Assembly: GCA_963555815.3 (NCBI GenBank) | Contig: CAUVWX020000001.1 | Location: forward strand, 1-64,000 | DNA from: a bacterium | Lineage (GTDB): Bacteria; UBA8248; JACPRG01; G963555815 | Reading direction: 5' to 3' | DNA: 64,000 nucleotides | Shown: piece by piece, positions 1-10,681 of the stretch | How positions within the stretch are numbered: the stretch's first letter is position 1 | Layout: each line of letters opens with the position of its first letter | Translations under genes and position numbers: made by a program | The notes under the pieces: model-generated | The model's database searches: none | What the model saw: only the letters and a program-made list of their open reading frames with translations | Told to the model about the DNA's origin: nothing

Positions 1-768
1 CGCCCGCGCCATCGGCAGCCGGTCGAGCGCGATCTCGCGGCCGTCGGCGCGCCGGCAGGTGATGACCCCGAGCAGTTGCTCGGCGGACTGCCCGGGGTCG
101 CACAGGCTCTTGACGATGCGTGCGGCCTCGCGGTTGAGCGAGACCAGGGCGCCGGTCCGCGCCTCGAACACCACGACGCCGACCGGTGAGGTCTCGATCA
201 GCGCCTCGAGGTCGGCGCGGGCGCGCCGCTCGGCGCGGTAGGTACGCGCATTGGCGATCGCCGTCGCGGCCTGCGCCGCGAACAGCACCAGGATCTCCTC
301 GTCCTCGTCCGTGAACGCCTCCCCGCCCGCCTTCTAGACCAGGTAGAAGTTGCCGACATGGACGCCGAGGTGGCGCATCGGCGTGCCCTGGAAGGTCTTC
401 GAGGGCAGACGGTCGTCGGGCGAGAAGCCCAGCGCGCGGACATAGGCGGGCACGTCGGGGATGCGCAGCGGTCCCGGCAGGTCGCGGAAGAACTCGAAGA
501 GCCGCGGCCCGTCGGGCCATTCCACGATGTGCCGGTGCTCCTCCGCGGTGAAGCCCGAGGTGACGAAGTCCTGGGGGGCGCCGGCCTCGTCGATGGTGGC
601 GATGGCGCCGTAGCGCGCGCCGGTGAGCGCCCGGGCGCTCTCGACGACTTCGTTGAGCACCGTCTCAAGGTCGAGGCTCGCGCTGATGCGCAGGCTCGCC
701 GCGCTGAGCGCGGAGATGCGGGCGCGTAGCGCCCCGGTCTCGTCCGCCGCCGGCTCGTGATCGGTCAT
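1..768 (-). pseudogene. GAF + PAS sensor protein (probable histidine kinase N-terminus), in-frame TAG at 334-336, runs off the window edge
   Basis: ATG at 768 after GGAGGAG. GAF-like LDLETVLNEVVESARALTGARYGAIA...HVGNFYLV, then TAG, then the same frame continues KAGGEAFTDEDEEILVLFAAQAATAIANAR...LEALIETSPVGVVVF (PAS start). Confidence 0.75.
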
Positions 769-911
769 CCCTACTCCTCCTTCCGCCCGCCGCCCGCCGG
801 CGGGTGATTCGGCCCCGACCGGCGCGGCGCGGTTCTGTTCCTGGAGTCTTACGTCTAGTATTCCGAACAATTCGCGTGGTATTCGCGCAACTGACGTATG
901 TAAGGACACTA

Positions 912-941
912 TTGTCACACATTGCCTGCTATGATTACAAT
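912..941 (+). promoter_or_regulatory. possible sigma70-type promoter in the AT-rich divergent intergenic region
   Basis: TTGTCA(912-917)-N18-TACAAT(936-941) in an AT-rich patch between divergent genes. Confidence 0.3.
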
Positions 942-949
942 GGGTAATT

Positions 950-2251
950 TTGTACGGACCGCCGGAGAAGCCGGGCAGGTCGCGTGGAGGGCTCCTGGGG
1001 CCTCGGCCGCCGGAGATCGTGCGGTCCGGTCCCGGCGCAGGCCGGGACGTCAGGGAGTGGGAGACCGAAATCTTGTGTGCTTCAGAACCGCACGGCCTCG
1101 CCGCCGGGGCAGGGGCTCTTCCGAGAGCCCGGCGCCGTTGCGAGGCCGGGAAGCGAACGCACGGCCCCGGCCAGCGGGCCTGCCTGGCCCTGCTGGCCGC
1201 CACCGCGCTGCTGGCCCTGGCCGCGCCCGCGCAGGCCCAGACCGAGATCTGGAGCGCCACCCTCACCGCCCAGGACACGGGCAACGGCGCCCTCGGCTGC
1301 GACTCCACCGAGAGCAACACCGCAGCTCAGTGCAGCAACACCGCCGTCCTCTCCGACAACGACTTCACGCTCGGCTCCACTGACCACACCATCGGGATTA
1401 TCGAGCTGGCAGGCGAGAGTCTACAAATCACTTCCACCGGCGTCTTCACCGACGCCGACACCCTCGCCCTCGTGCTGGGCACCACCTCTCTCGCTTTTTC
1501 CCGCGGCGTTACCATCCAAGGCGGCGCTGGCAGGGTCTGGCCTTCTACCGGCCTCTCCTGGACCGCCGGCACCGACGTCAGCGTCAGGCTCATCTCCCTC
1601 ACCGCGCCCGGCGCGCCCACCGGGCTGGCCGCGACCGCCAACGGGCCGTCCCGGATCGACCTCTCCTGGACCGCCCCGGTCAACACCGGCGGCTCCGCCA
1701 TCACCGGCTACAAGATCGAGGTCTCCCCCGACGGCAGTAGCTGGTCCGATCTCGACACTGACACCGAGAGCACCGACACCGCCTACGCCCACATGGAGCT
1801 CGACCCCGCCACCACCCGCCATTACCGCGTCTCCGCCATCAACGCCGTGGGCACCTCCGACGCCTCCGACAGCGACGACACCACCACCGCCTCCACCAAC
1901 ACCGCGCCGACGGGCGCGCCGACCATCACGGGCACGGCGCAGGTGGGCCAGACGCTGACGGCGGTCACCACCGGCATCGTGGACGCCAACGGGCTGACCA
2001 GCCCCGGATACACGTACCAGTGGATCCGGGTGAACGGCACGGAGGCCGACATTGCGGGCGAGAATTCGAGCACCTACACCCTGGTCGACGCCGACAGGAG
2101 GAGAACCAATGAGAAAGATGATTTTAGGGTTCGCGGTCGCCATCATGCTGATGGCGGCATCCGCCCAGGCGCAGGGCGCCGTCTGGTCGGCCACTTTCAC
2201 ACCAGGCGATATCAATGGATACGCGTTCGGTTGCCGAAATGGCGACGATGA
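950..2251 (+). CDS. secreted FN3-domain surface protein; start uncertain, homology breaks off at about 2095
   Basis: Signal-peptide-like ACLALLAATALLALAAPAQA; Cys-pair N-domain; FN3 motif PGAPTGLAATANGPSRIDLSWTAP...YRVSAIN; beta-rich GQTLTA...YTYQWIRV segment ending abruptly at TYTLVDAD. Confidence 0.7.
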   Translation: MYGPPEKPGRSRGGLLGPRPPEIVRSGPGAGRDVREWETEILCASEPHGLAAGAGALPRARRRCEAGKRTHGPGQRACLALLAATALLALAAPAQAQTEIWSATLTAQDTGNGALGCDSTESNTAAQCSNTAVLSDNDFTLGSTDHTIGIIELAGESLQITSTGVFTDADTLALVLGTTSLAFSRGVTIQGGAGRVWPSTGLSWTAGTDVSVRLISLTAPGAPTGLAATANGPSRIDLSWTAPVNTGGSAITGYKIEVSPDGSSWSDLDTDTESTDTAYAHMELDPATTRHYRVSAINAVGTSDASDSDDTTTASTNTAPTGAPTITGTAQVGQTLTAVTTGIVDANGLTSPGYTYQWIRVNGTEADIAGENSSTYTLVDADRRRTNEKDDFRVRGRHHADGGIRPGAGRRLVGHFHTRRYQWIRVRLPKWRR

Positions 2252-3453
2252 CGCTGAGTGCAGCAACAAAGACGTCCTCTCTGACGACACCTTCACGGTC
2301 GGTGAGATCGTCTACACAGTCACCGAGTTCTACCAGACTAGTGGAACCAACAGGCTCTACTTTGCAGGCATCCGAACCCCAGAAGACGGCACATCCTGGG
2401 TCGATATAGCCGATGAACTCAAGATCGGGAGCACTTCCCTTGACATTGGCTACGCCTTCCTCTCACAAGGCCAGAACAGCACCTCGGCATGGCGCTTGCG
2501 TTGGTCTGGAGACCGAGGCTTAGACGACGTCTTAGGAGGTGACTCACTGACTGACGGAACCTCCATAAGCGTCACGCTTATCTCGGGCGACCTTCCGCCG
2601 CCGCCGCCACCGACCACGCCCGGCGCGCCCACCGGGCTGGCCGCGACCGCCAACGGGCCGTCCCAGATCGACCTCGCCTGGACCGCCCCGGCCAGCACCG
2701 GTGGCTCCGCCATCACCGGCTACAAGATTGAGGTCTCCCCCGACGGCAGTAGCTGGTCCGACCTCGTCGCCGACACCGCGAGCACCGACACCGCCTACGC
2801 CCACATGGGGCTCGGCCCCGCCACCACCCGCCACTACCGCGTCTCCGCCATCAACACCAACGGCACCGGCGTCCCCTCCAACGTCGACAGCGCCACCACC
2901 GGCACCAGCGTGCCCGGCGCCCCGACCGGCCTCACGGCCACGGCCAGCGGGGCCACCCAGATCGACCTCTCCTGGAGCGCCCCGGCCACCACCGGCGGCT
3001 CCGCCATCACCGGCTACAAGATCGAGGTCTCCCCCGACGGCAGTAGCTGGTCCGACCTCGTCGCCGACACCGCGAGCACCGACACCGCCTACGCCCACGT
3101 GGGGCTCGACCCCGCCACCACCCGCCACTACCGCGTCTCCGCCATCAACACCAACGGCACCGGCGTCCCCTCCAACGTCGACAGCGCCACCACCGGACAC
3201 CAGCGTGCCCGGCGCCCCGACCGGCCTCACGGCCACGGCCAGCGGGGCCACCCAGATCGACCTCTCCTGGAGCGCCCCGGCCACCACCGGCGGCTCCGCC
3301 ATCACCGGCTACAAGATCGAGGTCTCCCCCGACGGCACCTCCGGCTGGTCCGACCTCGTCGCCGACACCAACGAGCACCGACACCGCCTACGCCCACGTG
3401 GGGCTCGACCCCGCCACCACCCGCCACTACCGCGTCTCCGCCATCAACACCAA
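1603..3453 (+). repeat. four similar ~294-bp FN3-coding repeats (about 1603, 2616, 2910, 3205; the last is truncated)
   Basis: Recurrent GGCTCCGCCATCACCGGCTACAAGAT(C/T)GAGGTCTCCCCCGACGGC; units at 2616/2910/3205 spaced 294-295 bp. Confidence 0.9.
2109..3453 (+). pseudogene. second secreted FN3-repeat protein, frameshifted near 3197 and 3372 and cut at 3453
   Basis: AGGAGG RBS, ATG 2109, signal peptide MRKMILGFAVAIMLMAASAQA, variable N-domain, poly-Pro linker, three FN3 units; the third unit continues in other frames. Confidence 0.75.
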
Positions 3454-3454
3454 A

Positions 3455-3497
3455 GACCTTCGTCGGGCTGGATCTCTTTGGGGATGCCGACGATCAC
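3455..3497 (-). pseudogene. 5' fragment (14 codons) of an alanine dehydrogenase / transhydrogenase-alpha family gene
   Basis: GGAGGGG RBS; GTG overlaps the upstream stop (GTGA); reads MIVGIPKEIQPDEG, the typical AlaDH/PNT N-terminus, then runs into FN3 DNA. Confidence 0.65.
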
Positions 3498-3961
3498 GAA
3501 GACCCCTCCAAATGCCTCTCCGAGGGCTTTTCGCCACCCAGATGCCGGATCTTTTGCTCCCCCAGGATGAAGTAGGCCCCGTCCGCTTCGGCCACTTTTT
3601 GCCCCGATGGGTCTCGGGCCTCAGCGGCCATCTGGGCCACCTTTCCCCGACGCTTGATCAGTCGGCCCTCCACCTGGAGGGGCGTCCCGATGGCGACCGG
3701 TGTGCGAAAACGAAAAGTCAGACGGCCCGCCACAGCGTGCAGGTTCTGAAGATAGAGCCAGTTGGCCATGGCGTCGTCGAGGACGGCCCCCAGCACCCCC
3801 CCATGCACCCAGCCATCATAGCCCTGATGATGGGAGTTTGAAACGAAGCGGGTTCGGCAAAGCCCGTCCGAGAAGTGAAATTTGAGGTGGAGGCCCCGGG
3901 AGTTCTCCGGGCCGCAGACAAAACAGTGGAGATCTTGGGAACGGGGAGGGGTTTTTGCCAT
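3494..3961 (-). CDS. PaaI-family hotdog thioesterase
   Basis: CFVCGPENSRGLHL and HQGYDGWVHGGVLGAVLDDAM motifs. Confidence 0.85.
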   Translation of the reverse strand: MAKTPPRSQDLHCFVCGPENSRGLHLKFHFSDGLCRTRFVSNSHHQGYDGWVHGGVLGAVLDDAMANWLYLQNLHAVAGRLTFRFRTPVAIGTPLQVEGRLIKRRGKVAQMAAEARDPSGQKVAEADGAYFILGEQKIRHLGGEKPSERHLEGSS

Positions 3962-4076
3962 CAGGTCAGGTCGAAACCCTGCAAAACCCTCTGGGGCTTC
4001 GGGCGGGGAAGACTTGAGAAAACTTCCACGGTGGGGGTCTCTGCTAGAAAGGGGCCCTGGCAAAAAGACGCCCCTC

Positions 4077-4571
4077 TCATTCGGGGGGCGCTTCCTCCTC
4101 GGACTTGGGGCTCTTTTTCTTCCGACGGAGGCGATCCCTCAATTTTGTCTGAGTTTCATCGGGGGGGGAGGCTTCCTCCTTCGGGGGGGATTCCTCCTTG
4201 GGGGAGGTTTCCTCCTCCCGATCCACAAGCTCAATGAGGGCCATTTCGGCATTGTCACCGGGGCGGGGGTGAAGACGAAGGACACGGGTGTAGCCCCCTG
4301 GCCTTTCGGCGTAGCGGGAGGCCAGGGACTCGAAGACCTTGGCCACCACCCTTCTGTCTTTGATGAAGGCCAGGGCTTGACGCCGAGCGTGAAGGTTGCC
4401 CCGCTTGCCGAGGGTGATCATCCCGTCGGCTATCCCGCGAAGCTCCTTCGCCTTTGCGTGAGTCGTCCGGATGCGCTCCTTGTCCAGGAGCGAAGTGACC
4501 TGGTTGCGAAAGAGTGCCCGGCGGTGTGCCGTGGTCCTGCCAATCTTTCGCCCGGCCTTCCGATGCCGCAT
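4077..4571 (-). CDS. rplQ: 50S ribosomal protein L17 with acidic/basic C-terminal extension
   Basis: [20 protein letters not shown]...RPGGYTRV; follows rpoA. Confidence 0.97.
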   Translation of the reverse strand: MRHRKAGRKIGRTTAHRRALFRNQVTSLLDKERIRTTHAKAKELRGIADGMITLGKRGNLHARRQALAFIKDRRVVAKVFESLASRYAERPGGYTRVLRLHPRPGDNAEMALIELVDREEETSPKEESPPKEEASPPDETQTKLRDRLRRKKKSPKSEEEAPPE

Positions 4572-4602
4572 GAGGGGACACCTCCCGCAGAAAAGGTCTG
4601 GC

Positions 4603-5589
4603 TCAGGACCGGACCAATTCTTCCCGATCAAGGTCCTTAAGATTCATCCCCAGGGTCAGTCCCATCTCTTCCAAGATCTCCTTGATCTCGTTGAGGGACT
4701 TTCGGCCAAAGTTCCGGGTCTCCAGCATCTCCTTGTCCGTCTTTTGGACAAGGTCTGAGATGGTCTGGATGCTGGCGTTCTTCAGACAATTGTACGAACG
4801 GACGGAGAGCTCCAGTTCATCGACGCTCTTCTTCAGGTTTTCCGCCATTTCGATCTTCTTCTCGTCCATGGGGGCGGGCTCGGGCTCCTCTTCCTCAAAG
4901 CTGATGAAGATTTGCAGATGCTCTCTGAGGATCTTGGCCGCATGGGCGAGGGTGTCGTCGGGGGTGACGCTGCCGTCAGTCCAGACCTCGAAGATCAGTT
5001 TGTCGTAGTCCGTCGAACGGCCCACCCGGGTATCCTCCACCCGGAAGTTAACGCGCCGGATGGGGGAGAAGATGGCGTCGATGGGGATGAACTGGGAGTC
5101 CAGCTCCTCCTCCATGATCCGCTCGGCCGGAACATAGCCCCTCCCCTTTTTGACGACAAGTTCTGCCTCCAGCTTCCCATCCTTATTGAGCTTGGCGATG
5201 TGGGCGTCGCCGTTCAGGATCTGGATATTCCCGTCTTCCTTGATGTCACCCGCCTTGATGGTCTTAGGCCCCTTGGCTTTGAAACGGAGGTTTTTTGGGT
5301 CGTCGCCCTCCATCTTGAAACGAACCTCCTTCAGGTTAAGAAGGATATCGGACACGTCTTCCACCACGCCCGGCAGAGAGGCGAACTCGTGATAGACCCC
5401 TTCGATCTTCACAGCCGTGATGGCTGCCCCGGGAAGGGAGGAGAGCATGATACGCCTGAGAGCGTTTCCAATGGTCGTCCCAAAACCCCGCTCAAAGGGT
5501 TCTGCCACAAAGCGCCCGTAGGTTTCCGTTAGACTCTGCCGGTCATATTCGAGCCATGGCTTTTGAAAATCTGTCCACATTGCGCTCAC
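4603..5589 (-). CDS. rpoA: RNA polymerase alpha subunit
   Basis: [40 protein letters not shown]. Confidence 0.98.
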   Translation of the reverse strand: MSAMWTDFQKPWLEYDRQSLTETYGRFVAEPFERGFGTTIGNALRRIMLSSLPGAAITAVKIEGVYHEFASLPGVVEDVSDILLNLKEVRFKMEGDDPKNLRFKAKGPKTIKAGDIKEDGNIQILNGDAHIAKLNKDGKLEAELVVKKGRGYVPAERIMEEELDSQFIPIDAIFSPIRRVNFRVEDTRVGRSTDYDKLIFEVWTDGSVTPDDTLAHAAKILREHLQIFISFEEEEPEPAPMDEKKIEMAENLKKSVDELELSVRSYNCLKNASIQTISDLVQKTDKEMLETRNFGRKSLNEIKEILEEMGLTLGMNLKDLDREELVRS

Positions 5590-5669
5590 TCACCGATCCT
5601 CATTTGACGGTTTCCGACAGAAAGGAGAGTGGACACTTCCTCCACTATCATCCTCAACCTCGGAACTGG

Positions 5670-6302
5670 CTACTTGGAATAGAACTCCACCACAAGTTGT
5701 TCACGGACTGGAAACACTTGATCCTCTCGACGAGGAAGGGCCCGGACGGTGGCCCGGACTTGCTCGGGCTCGACCTCCAGCCAGGGGGGGAACCCCCGTT
5801 GCTCTCCCCGCTGGACCGCCTCCTGAACAGGCAGGAGCTTCTTGCTCTTTTCCCTGAACTCCACCACATCTCCCTCCTCAATGAGATAGGAAGGGATGCC
5901 CACTTTTCGCCCGTTGACTAGGACATGGCTGTGCCGGATCAGCTGGCGAGCCTGATCCCGGGAATTGGCGAAGCTCGCCCGGTGGACCACATTGTCGAGC
6001 CGCCGCTCGAGTTGCTCCAGCAGGACCTCTCCCGTCACCCCCTTTCTGCGGTCGGCCTCTTTAAAGTAGCGGCGGAACTGACGTTCCAGCACCCCGTAAA
6101 GGCGGCGCAACTTCTGCTTTTCCCTTAGGTGAATACCGTAGTCAGAGAGCTTTGACCGAGACCGAGCGGAACCGTGCTGGCCGGGAAATTGCTTGCGCTT
6201 ATCAAACGAGCACTTTTGCCCGACGCACCGCTCACCCTTCAGGTAGAGCTTCATACCCTCCCGACGACAGAGACGACACTTCGGACCTAGATACCGCGCC
6301 AC
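5670..6302 (-). CDS. rpsD: 30S ribosomal protein S4 (Cys-containing type)
   Basis: [25 protein letters not shown]. Confidence 0.98.
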   Translation of the reverse strand: MARYLGPKCRLCRREGMKLYLKGERCVGQKCSFDKRKQFPGQHGSARSRSKLSDYGIHLREKQKLRRLYGVLERQFRRYFKEADRRKGVTGEVLLEQLERRLDNVVHRASFANSRDQARQLIRHSHVLVNGRKVGIPSYLIEEGDVVEFREKSKKLLPVQEAVQRGEQRGFPPWLEVEPEQVRATVRALPRREDQVFPVREQLVVEFYSK

Positions 6303-6325
6303 CTAATTAAAACCTCCCTCTGCAG

Positions 6326-6724
6326 TCAAACCCGCCGACGCTTTCGCGCCCGACACCCGTTGTGGGGAATGGGGGTGACATCCCGGATCAGGCTAATCTC
6401 CAGCCCTGCGGCCTGAAGAGACCGGATGGCTGCCTCTCTCCCAGAGCCCGGTCCCTTGACGTAGACTTCCACCGTCTTTACTCCATGGTCCAGGGCCTTT
6501 CGGGCCGCCGTTTCGGCCGCCGCTTGAGCGGCAAAGGGAGTGCTCTTGCGAGACCCCTTAAAACCTCTGCCCCCCGCACTGGCTGCGGTCACGACGTTAC
6601 CCGAGACATCGGTAATGGTCACGATGGTGTTGTTGAAGGTGGACTGGATGTGGGCAATCCCCTTCCCAACAGCCTTCCTTTCCTTCTTCCTTCGCCCTTG
6701 AGTCTTCTTGGGTGACTGGGCCAT
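6326..6724 (-). CDS. rpsK: 30S ribosomal protein S11
   Basis: [20 protein letters not shown]. Confidence 0.98.
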   Translation of the reverse strand: MAQSPKKTQGRRKKERKAVGKGIAHIQSTFNNTIVTITDVSGNVVTAASAGGRGFKGSRKSTPFAAQAAAETAARKALDHGVKTVEVYVKGPGSGREAAIRSLQAAGLEISLIRDVTPIPHNGCRARKRRRV

Positions 6725-6732
6725 GGGGCCTC

Positions 6733-7107
6733 CTATTTCTTACTGCGCTTAGCTCCCACTGTTCGGCGGGGCCCTTTACGGGTCCGGGCGTTGGTGTGAG
6801 TCCGCTGGCCCCGGACCGGCAGCCCTCTCCGGTGTCGAAAGCCCCGGTAGCTGCTGATGTCCATCAGACGCCTGATGTTCATAGAGATCTCTCGGCGAAG
6901 GTCCCCCTCAACCCGGTAATCCCGTTCGATGATCTCCCGGATTTGACTCACTTCTCTTTCCGTCAAGTCTCGGACCCGGGTGTCGGGGTTCATGCCCGCC
7001 TCCCGCAGGATCCGATTGGAGGCCGATCGTCCAACCCCATAGATAGAGGTTAGGGCGATCTCGAGCCGCTTCTCATTTGGGATATCCACCCCGGCGATGC
7101 GCGCCAC
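6733..7107 (-). CDS. rpsM: 30S ribosomal protein S13
   Basis: [27 protein letters not shown]. Confidence 0.98.
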   Translation of the reverse strand: MARIAGVDIPNEKRLEIALTSIYGVGRSASNRILREAGMNPDTRVRDLTEREVSQIREIIERDYRVEGDLRREISMNIRRLMDISSYRGFRHRRGLPVRGQRTHTNARTRKGPRRTVGAKRSKK

Positions 7108-7151
7108 TTCTTCTCCCCGTTGCTACTTGCCTTTGCCCAAGCGAGCCTTGT

Positions 7152-7265
7152 TCATCCCTGCCGCTGCTTATGCTTGGGGTTCTGGCAGATGATGCGGACG
7201 ACCCCCTTTCGGCGGATCACTTTACACTTGCTGCACATTCGCCGAACTGACGCCCTCACTTTCAC
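7152..7265 (-). CDS. rpmJ: 50S ribosomal protein L36 (not in ORF track)
   Basis: Manual translation [37 protein letters not shown]. Confidence 0.97.
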   Translation of the reverse strand: MKVRASVRRMCSKCKVIRRKGVVRIICQNPKHKQRQG

Positions 7266-7299
7266 AGCCGTCTCCTCATGTCACACTTCCCCTGAGGCC

Positions 7300-7518
7300 T
7301 CACTTATAACGATACGTAATGCGCCCCCGGGTGAGGTCGTAGGGGGAAAGTTCCACCTTGACCTTGTCCCCCGGGAGGATCCGGATGAAGTGCATCCGCA
7401 TCTTCCCCGAGATGTGGGCCAGGACGCGGTGCCCGTTCTCCAGCTCCACTCTGAACATTGCGTTGGGCAGGGGCTCGACGACCGTCCCCTCGACTTCAAT
7501 GGCCTGCTCGCTAGTCAT
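7300..7518 (-). CDS. infA: translation initiation factor IF-1
   Basis: [27 protein letters not shown]. Confidence 0.98.
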   Translation of the reverse strand: MTSEQAIEVEGTVVEPLPNAMFRVELENGHRVLAHISGKMRMHFIRILPGDKVKVELSPYDLTRGRITYRYK

Positions 7519-8287
7519 GGGCTCCCTCGGAGGCCCCGTCGGGCCGGCTCAGGATCTCGGCCCCGTCCTCCGCGACAAGAATGGTATGTTCGAAATGGGC
7601 CGACAAACTTCCGTCCGCCGTTACCACTGTCCAGTTATCCGAAAGAAGCCGGACATCACTGCCGCCCCTGTTCACCATAGGTTCGATGGCCAGGACCATT
7701 CCGGCGGAAAGACGCGGCCCTTGCCCGGGCTCCCCGAAGTTTGGGATCTGGGGCTCCTCGTGAAGGGCGGCCCCGATCCCGTGGCCGACGAACTGGCGGA
7801 CGACCGAGAATCCGGCCCCCTCGGCGCAACGCTGGATGGCATTCGAGATGTCGAAGAGCCGATTGGAGGCCCGTGCGCAGGCGATGCCCCGGTGAAGGGC
7901 CTCCTGGGCCACCTCCATGACCCGTTGGGCCTCGGGGCTGATCTGGCCCACCCCGATTGTCACGGCTGTGTCCCCGTAATAGCCCTCGTAGCGAGCCCCC
8001 ACGTCGACACTCAGAATATCTCCCTCCTGAAGCTTTCGGTCAGGTGAAGGGATCCCGTGGACCACCTCTTTGTTGATCGAGGTGCAGAGAGTCCGTGGAT
8101 AACCCCGGTATCCCTTGAAGGCCGGGGTCGCCCCCGCCTCACGAATCAGGTCCTCCGCCAGCCGATCCAACTCATCTGTCGAAACGCCCGGCTTCACTGC
8201 TTTTACTACCTGCGCCAGGGCGTTAGCCACAATACGGTTGCTGACTCGAAGCCTCTCAATCTCCTCGGGCGACTTCAAGATGATCAT
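7511..8287 (-). CDS. map: methionine aminopeptidase type I
   Basis: EVVHGIP; GHGIG..LHEEP; SAHFEHT. Confidence 0.97.
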   Translation of the reverse strand: MIILKSPEEIERLRVSNRIVANALAQVVKAVKPGVSTDELDRLAEDLIREAGATPAFKGYRGYPRTLCTSINKEVVHGIPSPDRKLQEGDILSVDVGARYEGYYGDTAVTIGVGQISPEAQRVMEVAQEALHRGIACARASNRLFDISNAIQRCAEGAGFSVVRQFVGHGIGAALHEEPQIPNFGEPGQGPRLSAGMVLAIEPMVNRGGSDVRLLSDNWTVVTADGSLSAHFEHTILVAEDGAEILSRPDGASEGAHD

Positions 8288-8846
8288 GACCCAAGAGCTC
8301 AGCCAGGGCGCTTCGCAGACGGTCAAACACCTCTGTGATGGACCCCTCGCCGCTGACCTCCTTTATCTTCCCCTTCTTCCCGTAGTACTCAATAAGAGGT
8401 GCCGTTTCCTGTTGATAGACCTCGAGGCGACGTCGCATCGTCTCTGGGCTGTCGTCTGACCGCCCGCGGCCTGCTATCCTCTGGAGGATCTGCTCGTCGC
8501 TGACCACCAGGCGAAGGACCCCTTCCAGGGTCTCCCCCCGGCCTCTCAAGACCTTCTCCAGAGCTTTCGCCTGGGTAAGGTTTCGAGGAAAGCCATCGAG
8601 GATATAACCTTGCCCGCAGTCGGGCCTTCCCAAGCGCTCCTCCACGAAGCCCAGGATGACCTCGTCCGGAACCAGGACACCTTCGTCCATATAAGCCTTG
8701 GCTCGCTCCCCAAGGGACGTCTTTGCCTCCACGGCCTCCCGAAGGAGATCTCCTGTGGAGATCTGGGGAACGCCGCGATCATCAGTCAGAAGTTTCGCCT
8801 GGGTCCCCTTGCCCGCTCCAGGGGGCCCCAACAGGATCACCCTCAT
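8256..8846 (-). CDS. adk: adenylate kinase (short form, no large LID domain)
   Basis: GPPGAGKGTQ; ISTGDLLR; LDGFPR; GRGRSDD. Confidence 0.96.
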   Translation of the reverse strand: MRVILLGPPGAGKGTQAKLLTDDRGVPQISTGDLLREAVEAKTSLGERAKAYMDEGVLVPDEVILGFVEERLGRPDCGQGYILDGFPRNLTQAKALEKVLRGRGETLEGVLRLVVSDEQILQRIAGRGRSDDSPETMRRRLEVYQQETAPLIEYYGKKGKIKEVSGEGSITEVFDRLRSALAELLGHDHLEVARGD

Positions 8847-10156
8847 CAGGTAGTACGCCCCTTGAGTCTCCCCTTCTTGATGAACCCCTCATAGTGGCGC
8901 ATCACCAGATGGGACTCGATCTGCTGCATCGTATCCATTGCGACTCCGACCACAATCAGGAGTGCCGTCCCACCGAAGAAAAAGGAGACGTTCATGTACC
9001 TGATAAGGTAAGAGGGGAGGATAACGACAGCAGAGAGGTAGATCCCCGCCACAAAAGTCAGCCGGGTCAGGATCCGATCGATATGGTCCGACGTCCGCTT
9101 CCCGGGCCGGATCCCTGGTACGAACCCCCCGTACTTCTTCATGTTGTCCGCCACATCGGTGGGGTTAAAAACGATGGCCGTATAGAAGTAACAGAAGAAA
9201 AAGATGAAGAGTGTGATGAGGAGGCTGTAGATGAGGGTCCCGGGCCTGAGGTTGTTGGAGACATCCTGCATCCAAGGGTGTTGGATGAACTGAGCGATGG
9301 TGGCGGGGAAGACAATAATAGAGGAGGCAAAAATGGCCGGGATGACGCCCGAGGTGTTGATCTTCAGGGGCAGATGGGTGCTTTGACCCCCGTACATCCG
9401 ACGTCCCACAACCCGCTTGGCATATTGGACCGGGATCCGTCGCTGACCGGCTTCCATAAAGACGATCCCGCCCACCACCGCCAGCATGAAGGCCACCAAC
9501 ACGAAGAGCAGGAAGACCTGCAACTCCCCGATCCGGACCTGCTCCAGGGTTGAAATGATGGCTGCGGGAAGGCGGGCCACGATCCCCGCAAAGATGATGA
9601 GGGAGATCCCGTTGCCGATGCCCCTCTCTGTGATCTGCTCGCCCAGCCACATGATGAAGGACGTCCCCGCCGTCAGGGTCAAGACCGTCATTGACCGAAA
9701 CGCCCAGCCGGGGTTTAGGACCACTAGGTCCCCCGAGGGACTCGTCATGGCCTCCAGGCCGATGCTGATCCCCAGGGCCTGGACAGCAGCCAGGACGATT
9801 GTCCCGTATCGAGCATACTGGTTAATCTTCTTTCGCCCCGCGTCACCCTCCTTCTTGAGCTGTTCCAGGTGGGGAACCACCACAGTCATGAGATCAAGGA
9901 TGATGGAGGCACTGATGTAAGGCATGATGCCAAGGGCGAAGATGGTGAGCTGCGAAAGGGCCCCCCCTGAAAAGAGGTCGAAGAAGCTGAGGAGAGTATT
10001 CTGCTGCTGCTGAAAGAAGGCCGCAAGGGCTGAGCCGTCAACCCCGGGGGTGGGGATATGGACCCCCACTCGGTACACGGCCAGTATGGCCAGGGTAAAG
10101 AAAATCCGCTGCTTGAGCTCTGGGATCTTCAGAATATTTTGGACGTTTCCAATCAT
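8846..10156 (-). CDS. secY: preprotein translocase SecY
   Basis: [33 protein letters not shown]. Confidence 0.98.
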   Translation of the reverse strand: MIGNVQNILKIPELKQRIFFTLAILAVYRVGVHIPTPGVDGSALAAFFQQQQNTLLSFFDLFSGGALSQLTIFALGIMPYISASIILDLMTVVVPHLEQLKKEGDAGRKKINQYARYGTIVLAAVQALGISIGLEAMTSPSGDLVVLNPGWAFRSMTVLTLTAGTSFIMWLGEQITERGIGNGISLIIFAGIVARLPAAIISTLEQVRIGELQVFLLFVLVAFMLAVVGGIVFMEAGQRRIPVQYAKRVVGRRMYGGQSTHLPLKINTSGVIPAIFASSIIVFPATIAQFIQHPWMQDVSNNLRPGTLIYSLLITLFIFFFCYFYTAIVFNPTDVADNMKKYGGFVPGIRPGKRTSDHIDRILTRLTFVAGIYLSAVVILPSYLIRYMNVSFFFGGTALLIVVGVAMDTMQQIESHLVMRHYEGFIKKGRLKGRTT

Positions 10157-10599
10157 GAGCCGCTCACCACCGCCTGTCCCCCGGCCGCCTCGATCTTGCG
10201 TCGGGCAGAGACGCTGAAGGAATCTGCCTCAACGGTCAGGGCCACCGAGACCTCTCCATTTCCAAGAATCTTGATCCCGTCTCGTCTCCCCTTAATAAAG
10301 CCTTTTGTCTCCAGAAGGCTGGCGTCCACTTGGGTTTGAGCGGGAAGCGTGGAGAGCTGCCCCACGTTCACTATGGCGAAGCGCTTTCGAAAAATATTGG
10401 TGAACCCCCTTTTGGGTAGCCGGCGCTGAAGGGGCATCTGGCCTCCCTCAAAGCCTGGGCGCACATTTCCACCGGACCGAGACTTCTGTCCCTTGTGGCC
10501 CCGCCCTGCAGTTTTCCCGTTCCCGGAGCCAATTCCCCGTCCGACCCGCTTTCGTCGGCGCCTCGCCCCTCGGGGGGGCCGAAGCCGCTCCAACCCCAT
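10153..10599 (-). CDS. rplO: 50S ribosomal protein L15
   Basis: [38 protein letters not shown]. Confidence 0.98.
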   Translation of the reverse strand: MGLERLRPPRGARRRRKRVGRGIGSGNGKTAGRGHKGQKSRSGGNVRPGFEGGQMPLQRRLPKRGFTNIFRKRFAIVNVGQLSTLPAQTQVDASLLETKGFIKGRRDGIKILGNGEVSVALTVEADSFSVSARRKIEAAGGQAVVSGS

Positions 10600-10673
10600 C
10601 AGGAAATTTCCTCCATCTTGTCCAGCATCTCCCGGTCAGCGGGGACGTCTATCGTCTGAAGCTGCCTTCTCAT
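10599..10673 (-). pseudogene. rpmD: 24-aa ORF at the rpmD position, probable internally deleted L30 vestige
   Basis: [28 protein letters not shown] upstream; stop overlaps rplO start (TGATG); resembles the L30 C-terminal D.P..RGM..KV...EE pattern. Confidence 0.5.
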
Positions 10674-10681
10674 CGCTTACC

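Noticed and set aside
2616..3453. Near-identical repeats as a DGR template/variable pair
   Set aside because: Differences are not adenine-specific and no reverse transcriptase is present; these are tandem FN3 domains.
8256..8846. Adenylate kinase without a LID domain
   Set aside because: Short-type Adk is a known variant.
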